A DNA stretch of 64,000 nucleotides. It comes from a virus. Lineage: Duplodnaviria; Heunggongvirae; Uroviricota; Caudoviricetes. Within the stretch, counting starts at the first letter, position 1, and every line of letters starts with the position of its first letter. Positions 1 through 7,906 of this stretch are shown here, piece after piece. A program made the position numbers and the translations under genes. The stretch is taken from IMG/VR virus record IMGVR_UViG_3300005253_000053. One strand, written 5' to 3'. The notes under the pieces are model-generated. The model searched no databases. It was not told the DNA's origin and saw only the letters and a list, made by a program, of their open reading frames with translations.

Positions 1-199
1 GCCGGTCCTCGCGCTTCTCGTGAAAGGCTCCCTCGGCTCGGTTCAACAGTTCGACGTACCGGTCGTTGTAGGCCTGGAGCCGCCGGACCTCGTCGATGCA
101 CTCCTCCAGGTAGTCAGCCACCGGGTCCTCACCTGTGGGACTCGCAGCCCTGAGGCGGCGCGCAGCTTGCTCCACTTCAGTCAGGCGCTCGGACGTCAT
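1..199 (-). CDS. Hypothetical protein, 3'-truncated by window edge (MTSERLSEVEQAARRLRAASPTGEDPVADYLEECIDEVRRL...)
   Basis: ATG at 199 preceded by GGAGACC; open frame to position 1; not in ORF track because it runs off the edge. Confidence 0.6.
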   Translation of the reverse strand, partial: MTSERLTEVEQAARRLRAASPTGEDPVADYLEECIDEVRRLQAYNDRYVELLNRAEGAFHEKREDR

Positions 200-280
200 G
201 GTCAGGTCTCCGTATGCAAGAACACCCGCAACCCTGGCATTTCTCACGAATATCCCGTTTAAGTGCCATTGTGGGTCTCC

Positions 281-625
281 TTACCTGGGGTCCTTCGGCG
301 GCATCGACACATTCGGCACCTTGCACTGAAGGCGGCCGGTCCGTACTCCTTCGAGATTCAGATTCGGCATCTCAGGCGGCTCCATCTTCACCGCGCACAC
401 GCCGAACTCGTCAGGCGACATCCGCACCATCGAACATTCCCCCTCGCCCTTTGGTTTGCACATGGACGTGAAGTGCTGCGGCACCGGGTACCCGCGCTTC
501 ATGCACCACTCGTTGATCCGCATCCGTGCCCCGATGTCGCCTTCCGCCAGTACCACAATCATCCCCTGGTGCTGTGGCATGTTCAGCTTCGCGAGGTACA
601 TCGTCACATCCTTATACGATTTCAT
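281..625 (-). CDS. Hypothetical protein (MKSYKDVTMYL...)
   Basis: 3' part of ORF 281..778; ATG 625 overlaps the stop of the upstream gene (ATGA). Confidence 0.55.
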   Translation of the reverse strand: MKSYKDVTMYLAKLNMPQHQGMIVVLAEGDIGARMRINEWCMKRGYPVPQHFTSMCKPKGEGECSMVRMSPDEFGVCAVKMEPPEMPNLNLEGVRTGRLQCKVPNVSMPPKDPR

Positions 626-882
626 GTCGGCTCCGGGGTGTGGGCTCTGTAGGCCAGCGCCTGTAGGTGCTCGACCTGATCCTGGTGGCTGGCGAAGTAC
701 TTCTCGCCGCCCTCCTCGATGGTGGCCAGGATCTTCTTCAGGCGGTCGATCTCGGCGTCCTTTTCCTTGATCAGGCAATCGACATGGTAGAGCTTGCCGG
801 TTTCGTCCAGGTGTTGTGCCGCACCGTAGGCAACTACTTCGTTACAGAAGGCGCAGTCTCGGTAGTTATTGGAGTCAGTCAT
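622..882 (-). CDS. Small hypothetical with CxxC...HxxC putative Zn site and coiled coil
   Basis: MTDSNNYRDCAFC...HVDC; GGAGGAG RBS upstream. Confidence 0.6.
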   Translation of the reverse strand: MTDSNNYRDCAFCNEVVAYGAAQHLDETGKLYHVDCLIKEKDAEIDRLKKILATIEEGGEKYFASHQDQVEHLQALAYRAHTPEPT

Positions 883-883
883 C

Positions 884-1087
884 TCACTCCTCCTTCGCAT
901 CTTCAGTCCGATCAAAATACCCCTTCCCATCCTTGATTGTGTACCAATGTAATTTGCACTTCCCCGGACCACTTGTATCTTCCGGATACGGAAGTCCGAT
1001 CCTGCTAGGCATTAGTCCACCGTAAAGCTCGTGAACAATCCCATCGAGCGGCCCGCCGACGAAAAGAATCTGCCGGGGGGAACTCAT
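884..1087 (-). CDS. Small phage hypothetical protein (ILFVGGPLDG motif)
   Basis: ORF track; tightly packed with neighbours. Confidence 0.6.
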   Translation of the reverse strand: MSSPRQILFVGGPLDGIVHELYGGLMPSRIGLPYPEDTSGPGKCKLHWYTIKDGKGYFDRTEDAKEE

Positions 1088-1383
1088 CCGGATACCCCGC
1101 CGTCTTCGGCCTCTCTAGCCTCTCTAGCCTCTCTAGCCTCTCTGGCCCGTATGGCTGCGAGGGCTCTGTCGCGGTCTACGTCGTTGGCGTGGACATGCCA
1201 ATGCTGCGACTTACGCGCTGCGGCCAACTCCTGCCGCAGCCCTTCGGCGTACTCATCCAGCGCGGCGGTGATGACTCTCTCAGTACAGCCACTATGGAGA
1301 CCTCCAAAACGTCGGCAACAACTCTCCAAGAGTGTCATTACAGTCTCGTCCACGATCTTGTCCCGCAGTTCGTTGGTCATCAC
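1084..1383 (-). CDS. Hypothetical, NELRDK/AALDEYAEGLR paralog 1
   Basis: Shared peptide and DNA motifs with ORFs at 1652, 2396, 2691; GGGAGGAG RBS. Confidence 0.7.
   Translation of the reverse strand: MMTNELRDKIVDETVMTLLESCCRRFGGLHSGCTERVITAALDEYAEGLRQELAAARKSQHWHVHANDVDRDRALAAIRAREAREAREAREAEDGGVSG
1109..1147. repeat. 9-bp tandem repeat (gcctctcta x3 + gcctctctg) encoding (ARE)4
   Basis: Directly visible; in-frame within 1084..1383. Confidence 0.9.
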
Positions 1384-1655
1384 TCCTCCCCTTCGTCTTC
1401 AGCCTGCGATTCGCGCCAGCGTTTGAGCAGGGCCTCGCGGGCTTTCTCGTCCATCCGCATCATCGAAAGCGGGTAGTACCGCGCGCCGTCGTCATCCGTG
1501 ATCCTCACGTGAGGCTCGGCGAATCGTTTGATCCCCTCGCGCACTCCAACTCTGTAACCCACCCCGATGCCAATCAGGAAAGCGACAAACGCGCAAACGA
1601 TCACCATACAAAACCACGACCAATCCCATAATGAGTCCGGCTTTGCCATCTTCAC
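1380..1655 (-). CDS. Small single-pass membrane protein
   Basis: Hydrophobic stretch WFCMVIVCAFVAFLIGIGVG. Confidence 0.6.
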   Translation of the reverse strand: MKMAKPDSLWDWSWFCMVIVCAFVAFLIGIGVGYRVGVREGIKRFAEPHVRITDDDGARYYPLSMMRMDEKAREALLKRWRESQAEDEGEE

Positions 1656-2266
1656 TCCTCCCCGCCGCCTTCAGCTAGCTCGGCCTCGATGCCTTCCAGG
1701 ATTTTTGTAGCGGCCTCACGCTCGGCATCGCTGACAGGTCCAGTACCGAGTACGATAAGAATCTCTCCATTATCCCCGGTTATGCCGATCTGTTGACCAC
1801 TGGCGGAATCTCGAAGAAACCCCAGCGCGTCCTTTTGGTACTGTTCTTTGGTTAGGACCTTCATTTTTCCTGTGTCGTCTTCGTCCCGCAACTTCTCCTC
1901 GTCGTCTTTGGCTTGTATGGTAGCGAGAGCTTTCTTAGCGCAGTGAGCCCACTGCGCTATGTCTAGGTACCAAGTCAAAGCCTTACGCGCGACGGCCAAC
2001 TTGATTCGGTAGCCTTCGTTTTGAACCCGATAATTCTCTGCCAACATTTTAACAGACCGCAAACAAGCAGATTGATCTTCTAGCTCGTGCCGCAACCCCT
2101 CGGCGTATTCCTTCAGCGCGGCGGCGATGATGGGACTCACCTTTTCATATGCTTTGTTCCGCAACGCCGCGTATTCTTTACAATCCATGTCGCAGCGGTC
2201 GCCGAAAACGCCGGACACAGCCGCTGTTATCTTCCGTGCGATATTTTCCTGTCGTTCGTCGCTCAT
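1652..2266 (-). CDS. Hypothetical, AALKEYAEGLR paralog 2
   Basis: IIAAALKEYAEGLRHEL motif; stop/start overlaps. Confidence 0.65.
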   Translation of the reverse strand: MSDERQENIARKITAAVSGVFGDRCDMDCKEYAALRNKAYEKVSPIIAAALKEYAEGLRHELEDQSACLRSVKMLAENYRVQNEGYRIKLAVARKALTWYLDIAQWAHCAKKALATIQAKDDEEKLRDEDDTGKMKVLTKEQYQKDALGFLRDSASGQQIGITGDNGEILIVLGTGPVSDAEREAATKILEGIEAELAEGGGEE

Positions 2267-2294
2267 CGTTCTTCCTTTCCGCCGTCTTCGACGG

Positions 2295-2399
2295 CTACCA
2301 CCATCCCGTGATGACCCCGGCGATGAGAATCATATACCACACGACTATCAAGATCCCAATAATGAGCCACACCTCCGGTGGCGGGGTGTCCGGGTTCAT
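2295..2399 (-). CDS. 34-aa membrane peptide (MNPDTPPPEVWLIIGILIVVWYMILIAGVITGWW)
   Basis: Read manually; ATG overlaps upstream stop; GGCGAGAAGG upstream; below ORF-track cutoff. Confidence 0.5.
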   Translation of the reverse strand: MNPDTPPPEVWLIIGILIVVWYMILIAGVITGWW

Positions 2400-2704
2400 G
2401 CCTTCTCGCCTTTGTCGGCCTGCATGGCTTTGAGCGCTTCACGGGCGGTGTCGGCCTGCCCCTGCGCCCAGGGTGATGCACCGCCACTATAGCGTCTGAT
2501 TTCCTTCAGTGCGGTCATCGCCACATCCAAATTATCCCGCAGCCCCTTGGCGTACTCGTCCAGCGCGTCGGCGATGATGGGAACTGCCACGTCCCAGCGC
2601 ACCGAGATATGGTTTGCGCCATAAAAAGTGCAATCTTCTTCGAGAGTCTCCGACAATGCCCGCGCGATCTTGTCCCGCAGTTCGTTGGAGTCAGGCATCT
2701 TCAT
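2396..2704 (-). CDS. Hypothetical, NELRDK/ADALDEYAKGLR paralog 3
   Basis: Shared motifs; GGGGAGG RBS. Confidence 0.7.
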   Translation of the reverse strand: MKMPDSNELRDKIARALSETLEEDCTFYGANHISVRWDVAVPIIADALDEYAKGLRDNLDVAMTALKEIRRYSGGASPWAQGQADTAREALKAMQADKGEKA

Positions 2705-3146
2705 CCTCCCCGCCGTCCTTGTAAGCCTCTTGAATGAGCTTCAATCCTTTGCGTATCTGGTCTGGGTTGTCGCTCTCGGAGATCTTGTGCAGCACGACTG
2801 AACGAATCTTGGCCAGGAATTCGACTTTATCAATGATTAGAGCCTCTTCGGGCTGCATGGCTGCGAGAGTTTCTCGGGTAATCTCGCGACACCGAATAGT
2901 CTCTTCGGACTTACCGGTAATCCATGTAGTACATATTTCTTGGATCTTACCCAATGCCTCCCGACTTACGGCCAACTTCTCTCGCAGCCCCTCGGCATAC
3001 TCGTCCAGTGCGGCCGCGACGTAGCTAGGTAACTTGTCCAGGCCTTGGATCATGCGTGGCTCGTGGACAAGCCATGCGTCGGCCCATTTATGTGACCACT
3101 CGTCCGCGACCTTGTCCCGCAGTTCGTTTTTGTCAGGCATCTCCAT
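2691..3146 (-). CDS. Hypothetical, NELRDK/AAALDEYAEGLR paralog 4
   Basis: Start trimmed to MEMPDKNELRDK; shared motifs. Confidence 0.7.
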   Translation of the reverse strand: MEMPDKNELRDKVADEWSHKWADAWLVHEPRMIQGLDKLPSYVAAALDEYAEGLREKLAVSREALGKIQEICTTWITGKSEETIRCREITRETLAAMQPEEALIIDKVEFLAKIRSVVLHKISESDNPDQIRKGLKLIQEAYKDGGEDEDA

Positions 3147-3450
3147 CTCCCACTTTCTCTTTGATCGCGTCCAGGGCATCTTGCGCGGCCAGCACGTGAC
3201 ATAAAAAACCGTGTCGAGGCTCGGTAACATCTTCATCGGTAATCACGTGCGGGCAGCTACAGCCTCTGGCGATGATGAACTTAAAAGCATTTGCAGCCAC
3301 GTACAGGGCTTCGACCTGCTTTTGGCCCCGAGAGTCTTTCAGCCTCCTCACCATCACCCCGCGATGATGAAGGCAATACCTCTTACTGTCGAGCCTTGGG
3401 TCAGTGTAGATACCAATAGTGCCACAGTCCAGAAATTCACATTTAGCCAT
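3133..3450 (-). CDS. Hypothetical Cys/His-rich protein
   Basis: ORF track; GAGGAG RBS upstream. Confidence 0.55.
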   Translation of the reverse strand: MAKCEFLDCGTIGIYTDPRLDSKRYCLHHRGVMVRRLKDSRGQKQVEALYVAANAFKFIIARGCSCPHVITDEDVTEPRHGFLCHVLAAQDALDAIKEKVGDGDA

Positions 3451-3472
3451 GCTCAGTTCTCCTCGTCGTCCA

Positions 3473-3997
3473 TCATAAGATGCGTCCGTCCTCGTAAGCC
3501 TTCGCGAACTCCTTCGCGAACTCCGGGCTCAGGTCCATCAGGGCATGTCGGATGGCGTTGGCTGTCCGGCCCGGGTCCCGGCCTTCCAGGAACGTCTCCT
3601 TGCAGCTATCCACGAAGCGCTGGAGAGGGTGGTTCAGGTCGTCTGCCCGCTCTAAAGCATTTAGCGCTCCACGGGCGATGTCATAGACTGAGCCTTTACT
3701 TCGGTCGGTCTCGGCCATGAGGATATTGATGGTGCTCTGGTCGATTTTTAGTAAGTCGTATCCATCTTGAGTCAGCTTGCGTTGCAGGTCGAGCGCCTCA
3801 GTCAAACGCTCGACCTCGGCCTGCTGGGCGTCGAGCGCATCCAGTAGCCGTCCGGACTCCTGGGCCAACTCCCACGCGAGGCGCACCGGACCGTTCATAT
3901 CGGTCAGGTTTACCCCGTGCATCGTGTTCAGCTTCTGCATGCGGGCGAACCTGCTCTTTAGGTTGTCCCGCTTTTCCTGGAGTAGCACGTCATCCAT
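3473..3997 (-). CDS. Hypothetical coiled-coil protein
   Basis: MDDVLLQ start after GAGGAG. Confidence 0.6.
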   Translation of the reverse strand: MDDVLLQEKRDNLKSRFARMQKLNTMHGVNLTDMNGPVRLAWELAQESGRLLDALDAQQAEVERLTEALDLQRKLTQDGYDLLKIDQSTINILMAETDRSKGSVYDIARGALNALERADDLNHPLQRFVDSCKETFLEGRDPGRTANAIRHALMDLSPEFAKEFAKAYEDGRIL

Positions 3998-4271
3998 CGT
4001 CAGGCTCCTCATCCATTATGTCGCCCAGCCGGTCGAACAGGTAGTCCGCCTTTAGATCGACGTTGATCGCCGTGAAGCGTAACCGCTGGCAAACATTAGA
4101 TATGGGAAACATATCGCCTTCGACACCTCCGGGACCAGCGGCTGACTCAGCCAGTGCTCGGATAATGTGGAAACACTCACGCAGTGCCTCCTCGGCGTCG
4201 CCCAGGTTCTCGATGAGGTCCATTCTGAAGCGGCCCCGGTCGTCTACGATGCTGGCGAATGATCCTGCCAT
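3990..4271 (-). CDS. Hypothetical protein (MAGSFASIV...)
   Basis: ATG overlaps upstream TGA. Confidence 0.6.
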   Translation of the reverse strand: MAGSFASIVDDRGRFRMDLIENLGDAEEALRECFHIIRALAESAAGPGGVEGDMFPISNVCQRLRFTAINVDLKADYLFDRLGDIMDEEPDDG

Positions 4272-4420
4272 CAGACTGCTCCCGTGCAGATCAGGGTGAC
4301 CAGGACCCCGGCCGCGCCGCCGAGTACGACACCGATCCAGAAGGACATCCACTGTTTGAAGCGGACCTCCCGGACCAACTGCATCGTGTGGAACTCTCTA
4401 AGCTCGTGGTCAGTGGCCAT
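4271..4420 (-). CDS. 49-aa membrane protein (MATDHELREF...WIGVVLGGAAGVLVTLICTGAV)
   Basis: Read manually; CAGGAG RBS; C-terminal hydrophobic helix. Confidence 0.55.
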   Translation of the reverse strand: MATDHELREFHTMQLVREVRFKQWMSFWIGVVLGGAAGVLVTLICTGAV

Positions 4421-4670
4421 CGGTTGACTCCTGCGGCTCGAACAAAGCGCTGGTCACGATCTCCTTCACCGCGCTCACGTTACCCATGATGACGTAGTGG
4501 CGGGCGCAGATCAGGGCGTGCCGGAGCCGGTTGATCTCGTTGACGCACTCCTTCATGTCGACGGTGTAGGTATTCTCCCAGTGGCCATCATCCGGGTCCA
4601 CCGTGGCCACGAACTTCTGGTGCTCCCGCAGGCGCTTCAAGGTCATCAGGGCTGGGGTTCCTTGCTCCAT
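4410..4670 (-). CDS. Hypothetical protein, probably leaderless (MEQGTPAL...)
   Basis: ATG 6 nt after GATAAT of promoter motif copy 1. Confidence 0.6.
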   Translation of the reverse strand: MEQGTPALMTLKRLREHQKFVATVDPDDGHWENTYTVDMKECVNEINRLRHALICARHYVIMGNVSAVKEIVTSALFEPQESTDGH

Positions 4671-4678
4671 GACCATAT

Positions 4679-4700
4679 TATCGGATCGGCAGGGCAGTTT
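4679..4700 (-). promoter_or_regulatory. Conserved phage promoter-like motif, copy 1 (AAACTGCCCTGCCGATCCGATA)
   Basis: Matches consensus; back-to-back with copy 2. Confidence 0.7.
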
Positions 4701-4718
4701 GCCCAGAATTTCTTGCCC

Positions 4719-4740
4719 AAATAGCCCTCTGAATCCGATA
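4719..4740 (+). promoter_or_regulatory. Promoter-like motif copy 2 (AAATAGCCCTCTGAATCCGATA)
   Basis: GATAAT 4737-4742, ATG at 4749. Confidence 0.8.
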
Positions 4741-4748
4741 ATACAGGC

Positions 4749-5003
4749 ATGAAGACCAAGACGGCCCGGCCCATGTATCTGATCGTGCCCGACAACGCGC
4801 CGCCCTACGTACTCAAAGGCAGGATGACTGTGGCCATCAAGGACAAGCTCGGTGGCTCGCGCAACAAGCTGCTCAAGATTGAAGACGGTGTCGCGTCGCA
4901 GCTATCTATGACCGGACACTTCACCGAGAAGGACCCGTGGTCCTGGGTCGAGGTGCCACGGCAGACGTTCGCGACGCCGGAGAAGGAGGCTCCCAGTGAC
5001 TGA
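4749..5003 (+). CDS. Hypothetical protein
   Basis: First ORF after motif copy 2; no RBS (leaderless). Confidence 0.65.
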   Translation: MKTKTARPMYLIVPDNAPPYVLKGRMTVAIKDKLGGSRNKLLKIEDGVASQLSMTGHFTEKDPWSWVEVPRQTFATPEKEAPSD

Positions 5004-5244
5004 GCCCGACGGCACACCGATCCAGCCCCTCGCCGCCGACGTGGTCCCGCGTATGATCCCCGAGCGTGAGGAGTGGCCGGATGCCTGTTGCGACGAGTGC
5101 GGTAATCAGCAGCACATTTGCAGTGGTGAGGGCTGGGTCTTTAACGAGCAGTACTACCGCGATACGAAGACGAACCGGGTGCTCTGCCCTCAGTGCGCGG
5201 TCGACGTGCTCCAGGGTGTAGAGCACGTGGAGGAGAAACCGTGA
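4996..5244 (+). CDS. Hypothetical zinc-finger protein (CCDEC...CPQC)
   Basis: Cys pairs; GGAGG RBS; GTG start. Confidence 0.6.
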   Translation: MTEPDGTPIQPLAADVVPRMIPEREEWPDACCDECGNQQHICSGEGWVFNEQYYRDTKTNRVLCPQCAVDVLQGVEHVEEKP

Positions 5245-5423
5245 AGTGTCCCAAGTGCGGAGCAGAGAACACCAGCTTGTACGGCTACTTCGATGAGCCA
5301 GAGACGATGCGCTGCAACGCCTGCCTCGACCGGCGGGAGCGCTGGGTCAGGCTCGCCATGTTGGTTGGGCTGGTGACGGCTTTCGTGATACTAATCGTGA
5401 TGCTGAGGGGGCTGCTTCAATGA
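5241..5423 (+). CDS. Zn-ribbon + C-terminal TM protein (VKCPKCG...CNAC)
   Basis: GTG at 5241 after GGAGGAG. Confidence 0.6.
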   Translation: MKCPKCGAENTSLYGYFDEPETMRCNACLDRRERWVRLAMLVGLVTAFVILIVMLRGLLQ

Positions 5424-5899
5424 CGCTTGACCTAGAGAAGATCAAAGAAGCCCTGGCGTCACGCCCGACCAACTGCCCGTACTGCAAGATCTCCGTGCCG
5501 GGTTCGGTCCAGATGGCGTGCACGAACCTGGAGGATGACTGCGAGTTTCAGATCTGGTGCAGTGGCTGTTGGGCGCACGGACCGACGTGTAGCACTTTGC
5601 AAAGTGCACTCGACGGCTGGAACAGAGTGGCTGACGCGTCAGACGACAAGGCGCTTGACGAGTACGAGATCGCGAACCTCATGGGCCTGTTGATGCGGTC
5701 GGCCGAGCATGACAACGGCGACTGGTTTTGCCAAGTCATGTACAAGCTGATCGCCGAGTGCCGGGTGCAGGGCCTGAAGATGCTCGACAACAACTTCGGC
5801 GACCGGATCAACGTGGAGACCCTCGCGCTCATGTCTTCAACCCAGTGGACGCTGCGCCCCGGCCAGCAAATGCTGAGCGGAGGCTGCCAAGATGGCTGA
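5420..5899 (+). CDS. Protein with N-terminal Lar (restriction-alleviation)-like Zn finger
   Basis: CPYC...CSGC.AHGP......ALDGWNR resembles the Lar family pattern. Confidence 0.5.
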   Translation: MTLDLEKIKEALASRPTNCPYCKISVPGSVQMACTNLEDDCEFQIWCSGCWAHGPTCSTLQSALDGWNRVADASDDKALDEYEIANLMGLLMRSAEHDNGDWFCQVMYKLIAECRVQGLKMLDNNFGDRINVETLALMSSTQWTLRPGQQMLSGGCQDG

Positions 5900-5910
5900 A
5901 GGAGATGAAG

Positions 5911-6102
5911 ATGGCGAGTGAAGTTTCCAACGAGACGATGATCGAAGAATCTCTGGAGGTCGCGTCGGATGCCCTGAACGACTGGGAGTACAAGTTTCTG
6001 ATAAGCATCAAGGAACGGGTCGACCAGGGCCGCGAACTCACAGACAATCAGCAGGACAAGCTGGACCAGATCTACAAGAAGGTCTGCGACTCTCCGTACT
6101 AA
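5911..6102 (+). CDS. Small acidic hypothetical protein
   Basis: MASEVSNET; GAAGGAG upstream. Confidence 0.6.
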   Translation: MASEVSNETMIEESLEVASDALNDWEYKFLISIKERVDQGRELTDNQQDKLDQIYKKVCDSPY

Positions 6103-6408
6103 ATGGCGCGGAACAACATGACTGTGAAGTACTTCAAGCTGAAGGTGGCAGGGCTCTCCGTGTTCTTCGTGGTGATGGTAACCTGGGGGCTCGGAGCCTC
6201 CATCAAGAACCACAACCAGCATATGGCTAACCTGTACGCTGCCGAAGACCAGCCCTTCGTCAATCAAGCAGGCCAGCACGTCGTCACGATTACCAACTAC
6301 CGACTGGCCGCGTGGCTGAAGCGGCACCCAGAAGCAGTGGTCGTCGCCTTAACGTCCCACCATGGTGGGACGGCCATCGTGGTCTACACAATTTACGAGG
6401 TGGAGTAG
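6103..6408 (+). CDS. Membrane-anchored hypothetical
   Basis: N-terminal hydrophobic helix. Confidence 0.55.
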   Translation: MARNNMTVKYFKLKVAGLSVFFVVMVTWGLGASIKNHNQHMANLYAAEDQPFVNQAGQHVVTITNYRLAAWLKRHPEAVVVALTSHHGGTAIVVYTIYEVE

Positions 6409-6573
6409 ATGATCAAGATCCCGCAAATACTCAACTGGATACTAGCCGTCACGGCCGGTACCGCACTGATCGCCGCTGCTCAGTACCACGACAGCACCTT
6501 CGTGTGTGTCATTGGCGGCGTGCTGTCGGTGTTGGGCCTGATCGGACTGCTGAAAGAGATGGCTGGCGACTGA
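6409..6573 (+). CDS. 54-aa two-TM membrane protein (MIKIPQILNWILAV...)
   Basis: Read manually; GAGGTGG RBS. Confidence 0.55.
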   Translation: MIKIPQILNWILAVTAGTALIAAAQYHDSTFVCVIGGVLSVLGLIGLLKEMAGD

Positions 6574-6628
6574 TGGGCAAGGTGAGGTGCGGTAGTCTTT
6601 GGTTAGGTCCGACATGGGAGATACAACG

Positions 6629-6850
6629 ATGACTGAGGATCGCAATTGTCGGGTGTGGGTGTCAAGGGGGGATCTGATTCTACTGCTGGCTGCGTTGGCG
6701 TTCCTGCTCCTATGCACGATCACGATTGGCCTGAGCAGCATCAACAACACCCTGGAACAGATCCGGGACCGCCTGCCCGCGCCCGTGGTTGAGAAGGAGA
6801 AGCCAGGACTGACGACAACGCCATCGTTGGCGACTGACTGGCCTCGTTGA
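6629..6850 (+). CDS. Single-TM hypothetical
   Basis: MTEDRNC...LILLLAALAFLLLCTITIGL; GGGAG RBS. Confidence 0.55.
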   Translation: MTEDRNCRVWVSRGDLILLLAALAFLLLCTITIGLSSINNTLEQIRDRLPAPVVEKEKPGLTTTPSLATDWPR

Positions 6851-6859
6851 GGAGGTACT

Positions 6860-7036
6860 ATGAAAATCTCACTCGCTGCAATCATAATCACGTTCCTGTC
6901 AGTGGCTATTTGCGTTGTCGAAGGCTTGGCTTGGTATCCTGACAATGAGGTTTTTGCTGGCATCTTCACGAACCACTTGCTTCTAGGTATTGTCCTCTTT
7001 GTAGTCATCGAGATGAGCTTTAGGAGACACAACTGA
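6860..7036 (+). CDS. 58-aa two-TM membrane protein (MKISLAAIII...)
   Basis: Read manually; GAGGAGG RBS. Confidence 0.6.
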   Translation: MKISLAAIIITFLSVAICVVEGLAWYPDNEVFAGIFTNHLLLGIVLFVVIEMSFRRHN

Positions 7037-7103
7037 TGGGCTGGATGTACTGCGGACAGGACGACTTGGGCCGGGACATCGGCTACGGCGAGGAGGTTGC
7101 GAA

Positions 7104-7349
7104 GTGCTGACTCTCTGCGCCCATATCGGATGTCCGGCAAAGATCCTGCTCACCATCGAGCACATAATGACCGAAGGTATCGTTTGGTACTGCCGTCGCC
7201 ACACGCCTGCGTCAGCCAGCAAGGCCAAGGCACAGTATCTGTTCGACAAGTGCGTGAAGGAACTGGGGGCGTTAGGCTACGAGATCCTGGACAGCCACGA
7301 GTCTCTGGAGCCGGTGGGGATCTTTCTCATCGAGGACAACGATGAGTGA
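7104..7349 (+). CDS. Hypothetical Cys/His protein
   Basis: GTG after GAGGAGG. Confidence 0.5.
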   Translation: MLTLCAHIGCPAKILLTIEHIMTEGIVWYCRRHTPASASKAKAQYLFDKCVKELGALGYEILDSHESLEPVGIFLIEDNDE

Positions 7350-7593
7350 CACTGTGGTCGACTTGGTGGCCTCGTTCAAGTACTTCAATGTCCATGGGTG
7401 GCCACGGAAGAAACACCGCAAAACCCGGGACTACACGGTCGTCTGCAAGAAGGGCTCCACCCTGGGTGAGATCGTGTTCTACAGTAACTGGCGGCAGCAC
7501 GTCCTGGTCCCAACATCGGGCACAGTTTGGAGCAAGGGCTGCCTCGCCAACGTGAACGAGTTCATCGAAGGTATTGGAAGGAAGTGGAGGTGA
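7342..7593 (+). CDS. Hypothetical protein
   Basis: ORF track; overlaps neighbour by a few nt. Confidence 0.6.
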   Translation: MSDTVVDLVASFKYFNVHGWPRKKHRKTRDYTVVCKKGSTLGEIVFYSNWRQHVLVPTSGTVWSKGCLANVNEFIEGIGRKWR

Positions 7594-7596
7594 CTT

Positions 7597-7815
7597 GTGA
7601 AAGAAGCTGAAGCGACAAACGGTGAGAAGCTGAAGGCTTTAGTGGCATCGTTTAATCTCAGATGTACCTTGACGACCGCCCTGAAGCACATAGAGCCATT
7701 TGGCCCGGAACGTACGTGCTGGGATGAGTGGGCAGACCAGCTTAAACGCTTCCAGACGGAGGCTGCATTCCCTCCCGATCCCTTCTGGTCTCCGCCACCT
7801 AAGCCTAAAGCGTAA
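7597..7815 (+). CDS. Hypothetical protein
   Basis: GGAGG RBS, GTG start. Confidence 0.5.
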   Translation: MKEAEATNGEKLKALVASFNLRCTLTTALKHIEPFGPERTCWDEWADQLKRFQTEAAFPPDPFWSPPPKPKA

Positions 7816-7838
7816 CTTTTCTACATTTTCTCCTAGCC

Positions 7839-7860
7839 AAATAGCCTTCCCAATCCGATA
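7839..7860 (+). promoter_or_regulatory. Promoter-like motif copy 3 (AAATAGCCTTCCCAATCCGATA)
   Basis: Identical to copy 7; upstream of NAD genes. Confidence 0.8.
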
Positions 7861-7906
7861 GTACTCATAGCGGGTTTAACCGATACCGCACGCATGGAGA
7901 CACCAG

